From: Azolla caroliniana
Lineage: Eukaryota > Plantae > Polypodiophyta
Direction of reading: 5' to 3'
DNA length: 64,000 nt
Assembly: GCA_043228905.1 (NCBI GenBank)
Contig: JBHGNT010000009.1
Location: 9,238,001-9,302,000, forward strand
In this document: positions 50,181 through 62,804 of the stretch, in pieces
How the letters are laid out: every line of letters starts with the position of its first letter
Numbering within the stretch: the stretch's first letter is position 1
Program-made: the position numbers and the translations under genes
Notes under the pieces: generated by a model
The model's database searches: none
Told to the model about the DNA's origin: nothing
The model's input: only the letters and a program-made list of their open reading frames with translations

Positions 50181-51798
50181 TTTGGCACGCATGAACGACC
50201 GACCCTCCCTTAAGAGGAAGTCTATCCCTCACTCTCCCTCTCCATCACTAATCTCTCTGTCTCGCCCAATTTGCATCAAGGACCTTGTCATGTTTGTGTG
50301 TGGGTGTTGAGAGATAGAGAGCAAGTTTTGGTGTCATTGATTTGAAAGAAGGAAGGAAGGAAAAGCCAAGTTAAGAATCCCAAAGGAAGATTCCATTCCC
50401 TTTCTCTCTTTTCCTACTCCTGCTACTACTACTTTGGAGAGGCCATCCCAATCTTTGTCACCATCCTTTCTTTCTTTCTTTGATTATTCATCATCTTCAT
50501 TGTTGTCCTCTTTCTCATCCTCCTTTTCTTGTTTTGGTCTTCCATTCTTCCTGTCCTCTACTTGAGAATGAGTGGACGGTTGTCCAAGACCTCAAAGAGA
50601 TCATAATGATATCATTTTCTCCTAGGAAGACATTTTAGAGCAACATGAACAATCTAGTTTTTGAGTACCAGCAATACCAGGATGTTACTACTGAACCTGA
50701 AGGTGAATATGATGATGAGGAAGGATATGATGAAGCAACTTAGGGTTTGATAGACCTGCGTTTTCTACTCTAAATCTGCCTATCTAGGCGAGCTCTCGTT
50801 TCCCTTTTCAATTTCGTTCGTAAGGAGGTCGAGAATTGCGATTGTCTTCAAGGTTTTCAAGTTTGCCATTCTCTTGGAGGGACAGGATCTGGGATGGGGA
50901 CGTTGTGTTAGGAATATGTCCCTCTAGTGGGAGGAGCCGACTAATCAGATTAGAGCTGACGGTTGAGGAGTCAACTCAGAGAGAGTTGATCGAGGTTGAA
51001 GACACGACCTGGCTAGTCAGGCCGACCGGATGGTCGATGACCAAGCCGACTAGTCGGACCAACCCGACAGTCGACGAATGAGTCGGCTAATTAGTAAGAC
51101 TATTATTCTGTGTATTAGTATAAATACACCTAGGGCAAACAGAACATGTAGACAGATATATGGGTGAGCCTCTATAGCATAGCGAGATAGAGAAGAGAAA
51201 AGAGTGTGAGGGAGCTTGAGTGAGTGAGCGGCGCCATAGTTGTGATCATAACACTTTGTGTAGAGAGTGTTGTACTCTGATCTTGTTGTTGTATATCCAT
51301 TGTATAGTGAAGTTCCGTTCTCCGTAGTTTTTCACCCGCTTTAGGGTTTCCACATTAAATCTGTGTACATCGTTTTCTGTGCTTCTGAGTTTGTGTATTT
51401 CAGCATATTCCCTTCTTTCCTTTTGTGGATTGACAATTCATTTCTCAACAAACTAGTATTAGAGCTTGAGGTGCAAGCATGGAAGAAGGTGTGAGTGGCT
51501 TCCTAGGAATGATAGTTCTAAACTCTCAGAACTATGCAGACTAGAAGATAAAGACGGAGGACCTTCTCATAGTCAAAGACCTGTACGAGCTGATTGACAG
51601 AGCAGAAATACCCACGGGTGTACTAGAGTCGGAATGGAAACTTCTTAACAAAAAGGAGGTGACCACCATCCGACAATGCGTCGATGTAAGTGTCCTTCAA
51701 CATGTGGCAAACGACACAAATTCCCACGAGATGTAGTAGAAGTTGTGAGGTTTATATGAGAGGAAGATGTTGGGTGACAGGTCCCTCCGGATGGTGCA

Positions 51799-52140
51799 GA
51801 CCCGGTATGAACCGGATGAGGAGTACCCGGCTACGGAGAGCCGGATGATACAGACCCGGTGAAAACCGGATGAGTACCCGGCTACGGAGAGCCGGATGAT
51901 ACAGACCCGGTGAAGACCGGATGAGCAGTACCCGACTACGGAGAGCCGGATGATACAGACCCGATGAAGACCGGATGAGGAGTACCCGGCTACGGAGAGC
52001 CGGATGATACAGACCCGGTGAAGACCGGATGAGGAGTACCCGGCTACGGAGAGCCGGATGATACTGACCCGGTGAAGACCGGATGAGGAGTACCCGGCTA
52101 CGGAGAACCGGATGGTGCAGACCCAATGAGAACCGGATGA
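51799..52140. repeat. 54-bp tandem repeat in U3 of the 5' LTR (6 units; 5 units in the 3' LTR at ~56708-56998)
   Basis: Unit gacccggtgaagaccggatgaggagtacccggctacggagagccggatgataca. Confidence 0.95.
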
Positions 52141-52619
52141 AGAGACATATTCGTAAATATGTTTCTGAGAGTCCATCGAGGCTATATTTGTAAATAGCCG
52201 AAAAAGTCATATTAGTATAAATATGACTTAGGGCAAACTTTTTGTTGTTGTTGTCATTCCTGTTTTCGCATGAGATTAGAACGCGTAACAATGTACAGAG
52301 AGAGATAGAGAGAAAGAGGTCGTTGCCTCTATTGTAACCGCCGCATGTGGCGAAGATCGTGAGCACGAGGTCGTTGCCTCTATGAACTCACTGTTTGTAC
52401 ATTCTAACATAGTGATAGTTTGCAGCATGTGGGCTGCCGTGGTTTTTCCCTTAGTTTGGGTTTTCCACGTAAACATCCTGTGTACCTCTTCTCTTCCATT
52501 GTGTCGTTCTTTATTTCCCGTTTTTTGTGTATGATCCTAAGCTCGGTTGTGGCCGAGCGTTGCATAGAAGGAGCGCACAATTCCCGTCAAGTGGTATCAG
52601 AGCGAAACAACACAGAAAT

Positions 52620-55600
52620 ATGGACGAATCGTTTGGCGGCATGTTCAAGCTCACCGGCTCCAACTATTCAGTATGGAAGTCGAAGATGAGGGACATGCTC
52701 ATGGCTAAAGACCTCTGGCTTCTGGTTCTGTTCGGGGACAAGAGACCGGACAAAATCGACGCCGTGATATTGGAGGTGATGCACATGAAGACAACGGCGT
52801 ACATACGGTGCTTCATCGACATGGGCCTGTACAACAACTTCAATGAGGAGAGCAAGGCTCATGAGCTCTAGGAGAAGATCGGCATAATGTTTCAGAACAA
52901 AAATGCTGTCAATCAGGTTTCGGTATTTCGGAAGCTAGTAAGACTCCGGTACCAAGATGGCTCCAGCATGGCGGAGCACATGAATGCCTTCAAGGGGCTG
53001 ATACACCAGGCAACATCATTGGAAGTACCTCTCGCCGACGAGGTACTAGCGCTACTCCTGCTCGGTTCCCTCCCGGATAGCTGGGAGACGTTGGTTGTCA
53101 CTTTGGGCAACGCCGGGCCAGAAGGAAAGCGGTTATCCCTAGCAAGAGTAAAGTCGAGCTTGCTAGATGAGGAGGTGCGTCGGAAAGATAAAGATACGAG
53201 CTACGACTCCAAAGCGCTCCTTACCGAATCGGAACGCGGAAGACATAGAAACCGTAGTCCCCAGAACCGGGAGAAGTCGGGGACACGGTCAAAGTCAAGG
53301 GGGAGGCCCAGTTGCTTCTATTGCGGCAAGCCGGGACACTTCCAAAAGAACTGTCGGCATTTCCGAAAGGATAAGGAGACCGACGGTATCGATTCGAAGC
53401 GGACCCCGGACCGGAACGATAAAGACCGGAGGGGAACGGACCGGAAGGGAACGATGGAAATCGCGGCAAGTGAAGAGGAGTTGATGCTCATCACCGAGGA
53501 GAGTGAGATAAACCTTGCCGACGACGAGATGACCTGGGTGGTAGACTCCGGAGCGTCGTTCCACCTTACCACGGACCGGAAATGCTTCTCATCCTACTCA
53601 GCCGGTGATCACGGCTGTGTCCGGATGGGGAATGAAGGTACATGCCGAATTGTCGGCATAGGAGACGTGTGGCTGTCAACACCAACCGGATGCAAGTTGC
53701 TGTTGAGGGATCTCCGACACGTTCCGGAGGTTCGACTGAACCTGATATCAGCCGGTCGGCTAGATGATGAGGGCTACACGGGTAGCATCCGGAACGGTGT
53801 CATGAAGTTCAGAAAAGGGAGCCTGATTGTGGCTCGGGCCCGGAAGGTAAACACATTGTACCTGATGAATGCCCGGTTATGCCCGGAAGAAGTTAACGTG
53901 GCATCCGACACTGCTGGTGAGTTGTGGCACAAGAGGCTGTGTCATATGAGCGAGAAGGGGATGAAGAGGCTTGCAGACGACAACCTCATTCCAGTGAAGA
54001 ACGTGCACTTAGAGAAGTGCACTGATTGTCTGGCCGGTAAGCAAAACCGGACCTCCTTCCAACCAAGGCCACTGATGAGACGTAATGCACCACTGGAGTT
54101 GGTGCATACGGATGTGTGTCAGGTAGACACAAAGTCACATGCTGGAGCGCAGTACTTCGTGACTTTCATAGATGACCACAGCCGGAAGCTGTGGGCCACA
54201 CCGTTGAAGTCGAAGGATCAGGTGTTATCCGTCTTCAAAGAGCTCCACGCGAGAGTGGAAAGAGAAACCGGCCGGAAGCTGAAGGCGGTTCGAGCAGATA
54301 ACGGAGGAGAATACCGGGGGCAGTTCGAGGAGTACTGCCGCTCGAAGGGAATCCGGCTCGAATTTACCGTGCCGCAGACGCCGGAACTAAACGTACTGGC
54401 CGAGAGGATGAACCGAACAATAATGGAGAGGGTCCGGAGTATGCTAGCGCATGCAAGACTACCCAAGAAGTTTTGGGCTGAGGCACTGTCGACAACGACA
54501 TACGTGATAAACAGATCACCCTCAGTAGCCTTGGACGGAGACACGCCACAGAGAGTGTGGACCGGTAAGGAAGTATCCTACCGACATTTGAAGGTGTTCG
54601 GGTGTCTCGCGTACGTGCATGTAGCTAAGGACCGGAGAGGAAAGTTAGATCCAAAGACCCGGCCATGCATATTCCTCGGTTACGGTGACGATGAGTTCGG
54701 CTACCGAGTGTGGGACCTGGTCGACAAGAAGGTATTCCGGAGTCAAGATATCATCTTCATGGAGGACAAGACGCTCGCCGACTGGGAGTCGGAGAAGAAG
54801 ATAATGAACTCCGAGTCTACCGGTAAGGATAGATTCTACGATGAGCAGACCCAACCGGCAAGAGACCGGTTAGCACTCGAGGAACCAGCCGGTTACGGTG
54901 AGGATATCGAACCGGCAGAAGAAGAAGTAGAGGAAGCTGAGACCGGAACCGACCTAGACCCCGAGTCGGATTCAGATGAAGAGCAAGTGGAGGAGCCGAT
55001 TACCGAAGCCCGAAGACGGAGATATCCTCTCAGAGAGAGAAGGGCCCCCCGGAGATTTCCGGATGCAGAGCATGTTCTGCTGACCGATGAGGGGGAGCCG
55101 GAAAGCTTCGAAGAAGTGAAGGATGACACCCACAACCGCAAATGGTTAAGTGCCATGCAGGACGAGATGGATTCCTTGCATCAGAACCATACGTACAAAT
55201 TGGTGGAGTTGCCGAAAGGAAAGCGGGCACTCCGAAACAAGTGGGTGTACAAGTTGAAACCGGGAGATGCCGGCAACCCCCCGAGATACAAAGCCAGGAT
55301 CGTGGTGAAGGGGTTCCAGCAGAAAAAGGGCGTGGACTTTGACGAGATATTTGCCCCGGTTGTAAAGATGAACTCCATTCGGACGGTGCTGAGTATAGCG
55401 GCAAGCATGGACCTCGAGGTAGAGTAGCTGGACGTGAAGACGACATTCCTTCACGGCGACCTCGAAGAGGAGATCTACATGCAGGAACCGGAAGGATTTG
55501 TGGAGAAAGGGAAGGAGCACCTGGTATGCCGGCTGAAGAAGAGCCTGTACAGACTAAAGCAGGCTCCCTGAAAATGGTACCGGAAGTTCGATTCCTTCAT

Positions 55601-56666
55601 GACCGATCAAGGGTACCACAAGACGTAGGCCGATCACTGCGTGTTTGTGAAGAAGTTCGAAGGAGGCGACTTCCTGATACTCCTTCTGCACGTGGACGAC
55701 ATGTTGATCGTCGGACGTGACCAAGTCAAAATACGGATGCTGAAGAAGGCTCTCAACCGGACCTTCTCAATGAAAGACTTGGGTCCGGCAAGCCAGATGC
55801 TGGGGATGCACATCATTCGGGACCGGTCAAAGAAGCAATTATGGTTGTCACAAGAGAAGTACATGACAAAGGTGCTTCACCGGTTGAACATGTCAGAAGC
55901 AAAACCGGTCGGATCGACACTTCCAGCAAACTGCAGGCTATCCGGTAAGCAAAGGCAGAAGACGAAAGCAAAGAAGGCGGATATGATGAAGATTCCATAT
56001 GCCTTTGCCGTCGGGAGCTTGATGTACGCAATGGTGTGTACCCGACCGGATATAGGATACGCAGTCGGAGTGGTGAGCCGGGTTATGAGCAATCCCGGCA
56101 AGGAGCACTGGAACGCGGTCAAATGGATACTCCGGTATTTGAAGGGCACTTCAAATATGTGTCTCCGATTCGGCTCCGGAAAACCTCAACTTGACGGTTT
56201 CACCGATTCGGACATGTCGGTTGATGTGGATACCAGCCGGTCTACATCCGGGTATGTAATGACATATGTAGGGGGAGCTGTTTCGTGGCAGTCGAGGCTG
56301 CAGAAGACGGTTGCATTGTCAACCACAGAGGCGGAGTACATGGCGGCTGTGGAAGCCAGCAAGGAAATATTATGGATGAAGGACTTCATCGGAGAGCTCG
56401 GTATCCGATAAGAGGAATACCGACTCTATTGCGATAGTCAAAGTGCCATCCACCTTGCTAAGAATGCGGCCTACCATTCCCGGCCGAAGCATATCCAGCG
56501 GAGGTATCACTGGATCCGGGAAAGAGTAGATGACCAGGACTTCGCACTGACGAAGATCCACACGGCCGAGAACGGGTCAGATATGCTGACCAAAGTGCTG
56601 ACACCCGACAAGTTGGACGCATGCCGGAAGAGGATCGGACTGGTAAGACACCCCATGCCGGAGTGA
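52620..56666 (+). pseudogene. copia gag-pol (1348 codons, single frame) disabled by five nonsense substitutions
   Basis: Gag, CFYCGKPGHFQKNC, WVVDSGAS, integrase, RT (HVDD), RNase H (FTDSD, STTEAEY, KHIQRRYHWIRE). Stops at 52869, 55425, 55569, 55626 and 56409; no frameshift seen. Confidence 0.93.
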
Positions 56667-59600
56667 AGGGGGAGTTTGTTGGGTGACAGGTCCCTCCGGA
56701 TGGTGCAGACCCGGTATGAACCGGATGAGGAGTACCCGGCTACGGAGAGCCGGATGATACAAACCCGGTGAAAACCGGATGAGGAGTACCCGGCTACGGA
56801 GAGCCGGATGATACAGACCCGGTGAAGACCGGATGAGGAGTACCCGGCTACGGAGAGCCGGATGATACAGACCCGGTGAAGACCGGATGAGGAGTACCCG
56901 GCTACGGAGAGCCGGATGATACTGACCCGGTGAAGACCGGATGAGGAGTGCCCGGCTACGGAGAACCGGATGGTGCAGACCCGGTGAGAACCGGATGAAG
57001 AGACATATTCGTAAATATGTTTCTGAGAGTCCATCGAGGCTATATTTGTAAATAGCCGAAAAAGTCATATTAGTATAAATATGACTTAGGGCAAACTTTT
57101 TGTTGTTGTTGTCATTCCTGTTTTCGCATGAGATTAGAACGCGTAACAGTGTACAGAGAGAGATAGAGAGAAAGAGGTCGTTGCCTCTGTTGTAACCGCC
57201 GCATGTGGCGAAGATCGTGAGCACGAGGTCGTTGCCTCCGTGAACTCACTGTTTGTACATTCTAGCATGGTGATAGTTTGCAGCCTGTGGGCTGCCGTGG
57301 TTTTTCCCTTAGTTTGGGTTTTCCACGTAAACATCCTGTGTACCTCTTCTCTTCCATTGTGTCGTTCTTTATTTCCCGTTTTTTGTGTATGATCCTAAGC
57401 TCGGTTGTGGCTGAGCGTTGCGTAGAAGGAGCACACAGTTCCCGTCAGAAGAATGCCCTCAATAAAACCTCACCAATGAGAAAGATCGTATGGCTGAAAT
57501 ACAAAGATGGTGAGAGCATCGTCGAACACATCAACACATTCATGGGGTAGGTAAATAAACTTGTTGCAACCAAGTTTCCCCTTGATGATGCTATGTAGGC
57601 CATCTTGCTGATGTGCACACTGCCGAATACCTGGGAGAACCTGGTGGTTACTCTCAGCAGCTCCTGTCAAGAAGAGAACATGTCTTTATAAGCGGTGAAG
57701 ACAAGCATCCTAAATGAGGAAGCGAGAAGGAAGGACAAGGGTGTCCTAGTCCAGTCGGAGTCAAATTTGACTCAACACATTGGGAGAGGAAGGAACCGGC
57801 AAAGAAGTTCACCAAGGAGAGAAAAGTCTCAAGCCAGGTCAACGTCCAAAGGAAAGTTAGTGTGCTTTATTGTGGAAAGCCTGGACATTTCCAAAAGGAC
57901 TGCCAATACCTTAAAAGGGAAAAGAGTGTCGGTAATAATGTCGAACCTAGGAAGATTCCTGAAGAAAAATACACTTCAGCCATTGCTACGAGCAATGAAG
58001 AACTTTTGTTCATTTGTGAATAGACAAGTGCAAACCTTGCAAGCGAAGAATGCACTTGGGTGATCGACTCCGGTGCATCCTTCCACATAACTCCGTCAAG
58101 AGAGTATTTCTCAACTTACAACGACGATGATCATGGTTATGTAAAGATGGGTGACAATGGGGAATGCAAGATAGCAGGAATCAGAAGTGTCTGCCTGACG
58201 ACGTCGATAGGGTGTGAACTGACACTGAAGGATGTTCAACACATCCCCGAAATAAGATGAATCTGATATCGACTGGAAGATTGGACGACAAAGGCTACAA
58301 TGGTAGTTTTCGGAATGGAAAGTGGAAGTTGTGCCGAGGAAATCTTATAGTGGCTCGAGCACAAAAGGAAGGCACATTGTATATGATGCAAGCCCGACTA
58401 TGCAAGTCGGAAGTGAATGTGGCAACCGATTTGGCAGGACAGATATGGCATAAGAGGCTAGGCACATGAATGAGAAGGGACTGCATTTGTTGGCCGACCA
58501 GAAACTTCTACCAGAAGTAGAGTGCACTTGGAGAAGTGTGTCAACTGCTTAGTCGGAAAGTAGAACAGAGCAACATTCCACACACGGCCACCAAGAAGAA
58601 GAGAAGTTGCATTGGAACTGGTACACACGGATGTGTGTTATGTAGATGCTCTGTCGCATCGAAGCAGAGAGTACTTTGTGACTTTCATCGACGACTATAG
58701 TCGGAAGTTGTGGGCTTTCGTACTAAAGTTAAAGGATCAAGTCCTGTCATTTTTCAAGGAGTTCCATGCAAGAGCTGAACGGGAGTCAGGTCGGAAGTTG
58801 AAGGTTGTCTGAATTGACAATGGTGGCGAATATAAAGGGCAATTCGAGGAGCACTGCAAAGCCCAAGGTATTCGAGTCGAATACACAGTACCGAAGACCC
58901 CTGAGTTGAACAGGCTTGCAGAGAGGATGAACCGGACAATCATGGAGAGAGTAAGGAGCATGTTGTTGCATGCTAAACTGCCAAAAATATACTGGGCTGA
59001 GGCAATGTACACGGTTGTTTATCTGATTAACAGGTCCCCCTCAGTATTGTTAAAAGGTGATGTCCCACAAAGGGCATGTACAGGAAAGGACGTCTCCTAC
59101 CGACACCTAAGGGTGTTCAGATGCCTAGTGTATATGCATGTAGCTAAGGATCAGAGGTCAAAGCTCGACAGTAAGTCGAAACCATGCATATTCATGGGAT
59201 ACTCGGAATATGAGTTTGGCTATAGGCTATGGAACCTAGTCGACAAGAAGGTAGTGTGAAGTCGGGATGTAGTCTTCTTGGAAGACAAGACCATAGAGGA
59301 CTGGAAGCAACAGGAGTCGAAATCAACTAACCAGTTAACCTCCACTACTATCAACTTGAGGCCAAGTGAATCGACACAACCAGTTGTTCTGAGACAGCCA
59401 GTCGGCACAACCGAATCTGAGTCGGTTGGCTTGGAGAGACCGACTGACTATGAGTCTGAGTCGGCAGAGCTGTTAAGATCGATCGAGGAATATGAGTTGG
59501 ATTCGTCCAACCTTGAGAAAATGATCCACATATATGAACCTGAGCCAAGAGTAGAGTCGGTAGAAACATCCGAACTAAAGTTGACAATGAGTGGAAGGAG

Positions 59601-60266
59601 ATACCCACTCAAAGAAAGGAGAGCGTCGTCAACATATGCCAGTCAATACATCCTCTTGATTGATGAAGGTGAGCCAGAGTGGTATGATGAAGCCATCGCC
59701 GACAAGCACAAAGAGAAATGGCTGAGCGCGATACAAGATGAGATAGATTCTTTGCACGAGAATTATACCCACGACCTAGTAGAGCTGTGGAAAGGTAAGA
59801 GAGCACTCAGGAGCAAATGGGTCTACAAGGTGAAGACTAAAGAAGTCAAAAACACACCTAGGTATAAAGCCCGCATTGTGGTGAAGGGGTTCCAACAGAA
59901 AAAGGGTGTCAACTTCGACGAAATATTCGCCCCAGTCGTGAAGATGACATCCATTAGATCTGTTATGAGCATAGCTGCTAGTATGGATCTGGAGATCGAA
60001 CAGTTGGATGTCAAGAAAACATTCTTGCATGGGGAGCTGGATGAAGAGATTTACATGCAGCAACCTGAAGGTTTTGAGGAGGAAGGGAAAGAGAACCTGG
60101 CGTGTCGACCGAAGAAAAGCTTGTATGGGCTGAAACAAGCTCCATGCCAATGGTACAAGAAGTTCGAGTCCTTCATGGTGGAACATAGGTTCCAGAAAAC
60201 ACATGTTGATCACTGTGTGTTCATCAAAAGGTACGACAAAGGTGACTTCTTGATTCTCTTGCTATA

Positions 60267-62009
60267 CTGCAGAAAGGCCGGTCACAACGTTTCCGACTGT
60301 TGGTCGATCAAGAGGAAAGAGATTAGTCGACGATCCCTCCACACTTGTTCTAGAGAGTTGGGAATTAACCAATGTAAGACCCAAGAGAAGGACGGTGGCA
60401 GCAAGAAAGCAAGGGTTGAAGTTAATACATGTGTCAAAGAGGCCAAGAAAATCACAACAAAAAATTACAAGGGCCAAGCGAGCCAAAAACATTTGAATGG
60501 TGTTCCTCAAGATATTGATGTAACATTCAACTTGAAGGAGGACACTATCAAGAAGATCGAGATAGCGATGGTCAACTCTAATGTGAGAAGATACCACAAA
60601 TGTGGACAAAGTGAGAAACATGAAATATGGTTGCATAAGGACCTTGAAGTGGGCATGCACTTGAAGGTACTACATGGGGTAGTCAATTTCATTATTTAGA
60701 TAAAGCCTTGGGGAGAAAGACACGAAACAAAATGCATGACGGGTCAAAGTGCCCTGAGCAAGGAGACAATCAGTACAAAGGTGGAACATGCATGAGGCCT
60801 AAACGGTTACGCTCGGAAGGAGAACAATGGGCCATGACAACTAGTCATGGTAAAGCAAAGATGAGCGAATAAATGGTGGATTGGGTGGTGACAATGGTTC
60901 GGGTGGAAGGAATGAACGTGCTCAAAATGGAGGAACAAAGTCTGCATAGGTAAGGTGCAAGGAAAGATAAAATCAAAGGTTCATAACCTTTGGCCCCACC
61001 ATATCACTCTTTTCTAGCACATACTGGTGGATGTGCAGGTTTGGTGGGGGAGATTAAAGTTCTTCAAGAACAGACAAGACAAGGGTCCTGACCTCGATCA
61101 CCTCAACGATGAAGATGGTAGGGCAGAACCCGCAAACATGAGCGATGTCAACGAGGACGTGTAGGAATTTGATTGATCACCGTAGCCAAAATCTCACACT
61201 CTCTTCTTCACACATACTAGAGGACGTGCGGTTTGGTGGGGGTGGATGTCGTGAAGATTTTTGGCAACAGTGTGAAAATCGTGAGGAACAGACAAAATCG
61301 AGAAGGTGCAATATGCACGTGTGAAAGGGGTGATGGTCACACATGTACGTTAGCATGTTGCAAATAGGAACGAAATGAGAATTGGAAAAGAAAGGCTAGA
61401 TTTAAGGTTAAACATGTGCACATGTGACGTGCGCTCAAACATTTGTAAATATAAAAATAAGACTAAAGCCTAGTAACATTTATGTGCATACAAAGTGATG
61501 CAAGCAAGGTTTGAACCTTGCACCTCCCAGATAGGAAACAAATTGACTTACCACTAAAGCTATTACTAAGTGCTTTAGATTTTGTACATTTTTCTTTTCA
61601 TATTCAATATTCCATAGGAAACAAACATATAAACCGTGTGCACAAAACCATGGTTTAGCCCATGGCTTTAGCCTGTGGTTTTTGCCCATGGTTTTTGCAT
61701 GGAGAGACCTATAAAAGCCTCTAGTTGGGCTTGTGTAGGGGTGGCAAGCTATGTATTAGAGAAGAAACTTCTAATAAAAGATCTAGTTATCTTATTGGTG
61801 ATGTATCTTGTCTCTAAAAATTGAAGTCAAGGGTTCAATCTCTATCTTAATCTCTCTCTCTTTCTCAATCTATCTCAGAATTGGAATCTGCGTCTCTCTA
61901 TCTATCGTAAATATTTTCTTGCTAAAGCTAGTACAAACTTCAAATCCTTCTGATCCAAGACCCCGGTGGTCCCACTTGATTTTGCGAACACATGAGGATT
62001 TCCTTGACA
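60267..62009 (+). mobile_element. Z-related non-autonomous gypsy: internal remnant and 3' LTR (61247-62009)
   Basis: Knuckle C.KAGHNVSDC; 3' region (aagggtcctgacctcgatcacctcaac...) homologous to the reverse complement of 32500-32640; PPT ggtgggggtgga then tgtcgtgaagattt; LTR end ccttgaca. Confidence 0.75.
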
Positions 62010-62679
62010 GCATGGTCTTAAAACTTTATTATGACATGCAAGATTCTAAATCTACAGCACAAGGCCACAACTCGAGAACCGAGGCATATACAAAGAGAGG
62101 GGCACCACAAGCCAAGAGCTCACTTGCGCATAAAAACTCATAGCCCTCTCGCCTCCTACATAGAAACTCTCTCACTCCCTACACAAAGCCTTCTCGCTCT
62201 CTCGCTCCTAGCCCTACAACTCTCCAACCCTTCCTTACTCTCCATCCACCGAGCTAAACATGCCACTCGAAGTTTCCATGCAGCTCTGCACTTGGCTGAG
62301 CAGGCATGGCCTGGGCGGTTATAAGAAGGTTGTTGATGCACCTCCTCACCCCGAAGCTCAGGAAATCAATCAAAATTCATGAGATAGAGGAGGGGTATCA
62401 ACGGGGTTCCGCAATTACAAAAAACCAACTCCTAATTCTCCAAACGAGCACACGGAACTCCAAGAACACTTTAGTAGGCATCATCAAATGTTGCGGGAAT
62501 TGGAGGAAGAAAAATATATATTGTTGGAGTCCCTCCACGAGCTACAGACATCCGTGCAACAAGACCGGGAATGGGATCAGGAACGGTACTGGCAAGAGCT
62601 GGAAGAGGAAAAGAATCGGATCCTCCGAAAGTACAAAAAACACGCAGAATTAATGGAGGCGAAGGTTGCCAGACTAAAC

Positions 62680-62765
62680 TGTTGGGGACAAAGGTCGTCT
62701 ATGCGGAAGATCAAGAAGCATTCGATTAGGTTTGAATACCTGCGTATGACAGTTTCTGAGATAGT

Positions 62766-62804
<39 letters not shown>

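Larger units (their letters stand above)
51768..57447 (+). mobile_element. structurally complete Tork/Tnt1-like Ty1/copia retrotransposon
   Basis: 5' LTR 51768-52589, 3' LTR 56677-57447, TSD gaaga (51763-51767 and 57448-57452), PBS tggtatcagagc (tRNA-iMet) at 52592, PPT gaagggggag. Confidence 0.97.
50906..60266 (+). mobile_element. older Tork/Tnt1-like Ty1/copia: 5' LTR 50906-51450, gag from 51479, split by the younger copia, truncated in RT
   Basis: tgttagg...tcaaca; degenerate PBS tagtattagagc; gag LNSQNYA..KIK.EDLLIVKDLY resumes at 57453; WVIDSGAS, LVHTDVC, AERMNRT, YKARIVVKGF, FDEIFAPVVKM, KSLYGLKQAP; breaks after LILLLY. Confidence 0.88.

Noticed and set aside
51799-52140. CRISPR-like array
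   Set aside because: Contiguous 54-bp units without unique spacers, inside a eukaryotic LTR; no cas genes.
51697-52366. Repetitive minus-strand ORFs (also 56507-57224)
   Set aside because: By-products of a stop-free 54-bp (18-codon) repeat.
59278-60699. Novel RT-zinc-knuckle fusion protein
   Set aside because: Chance in-frame junction at ~60266 between a truncated copia RT and a gypsy remnant; upstream pol has many stops.
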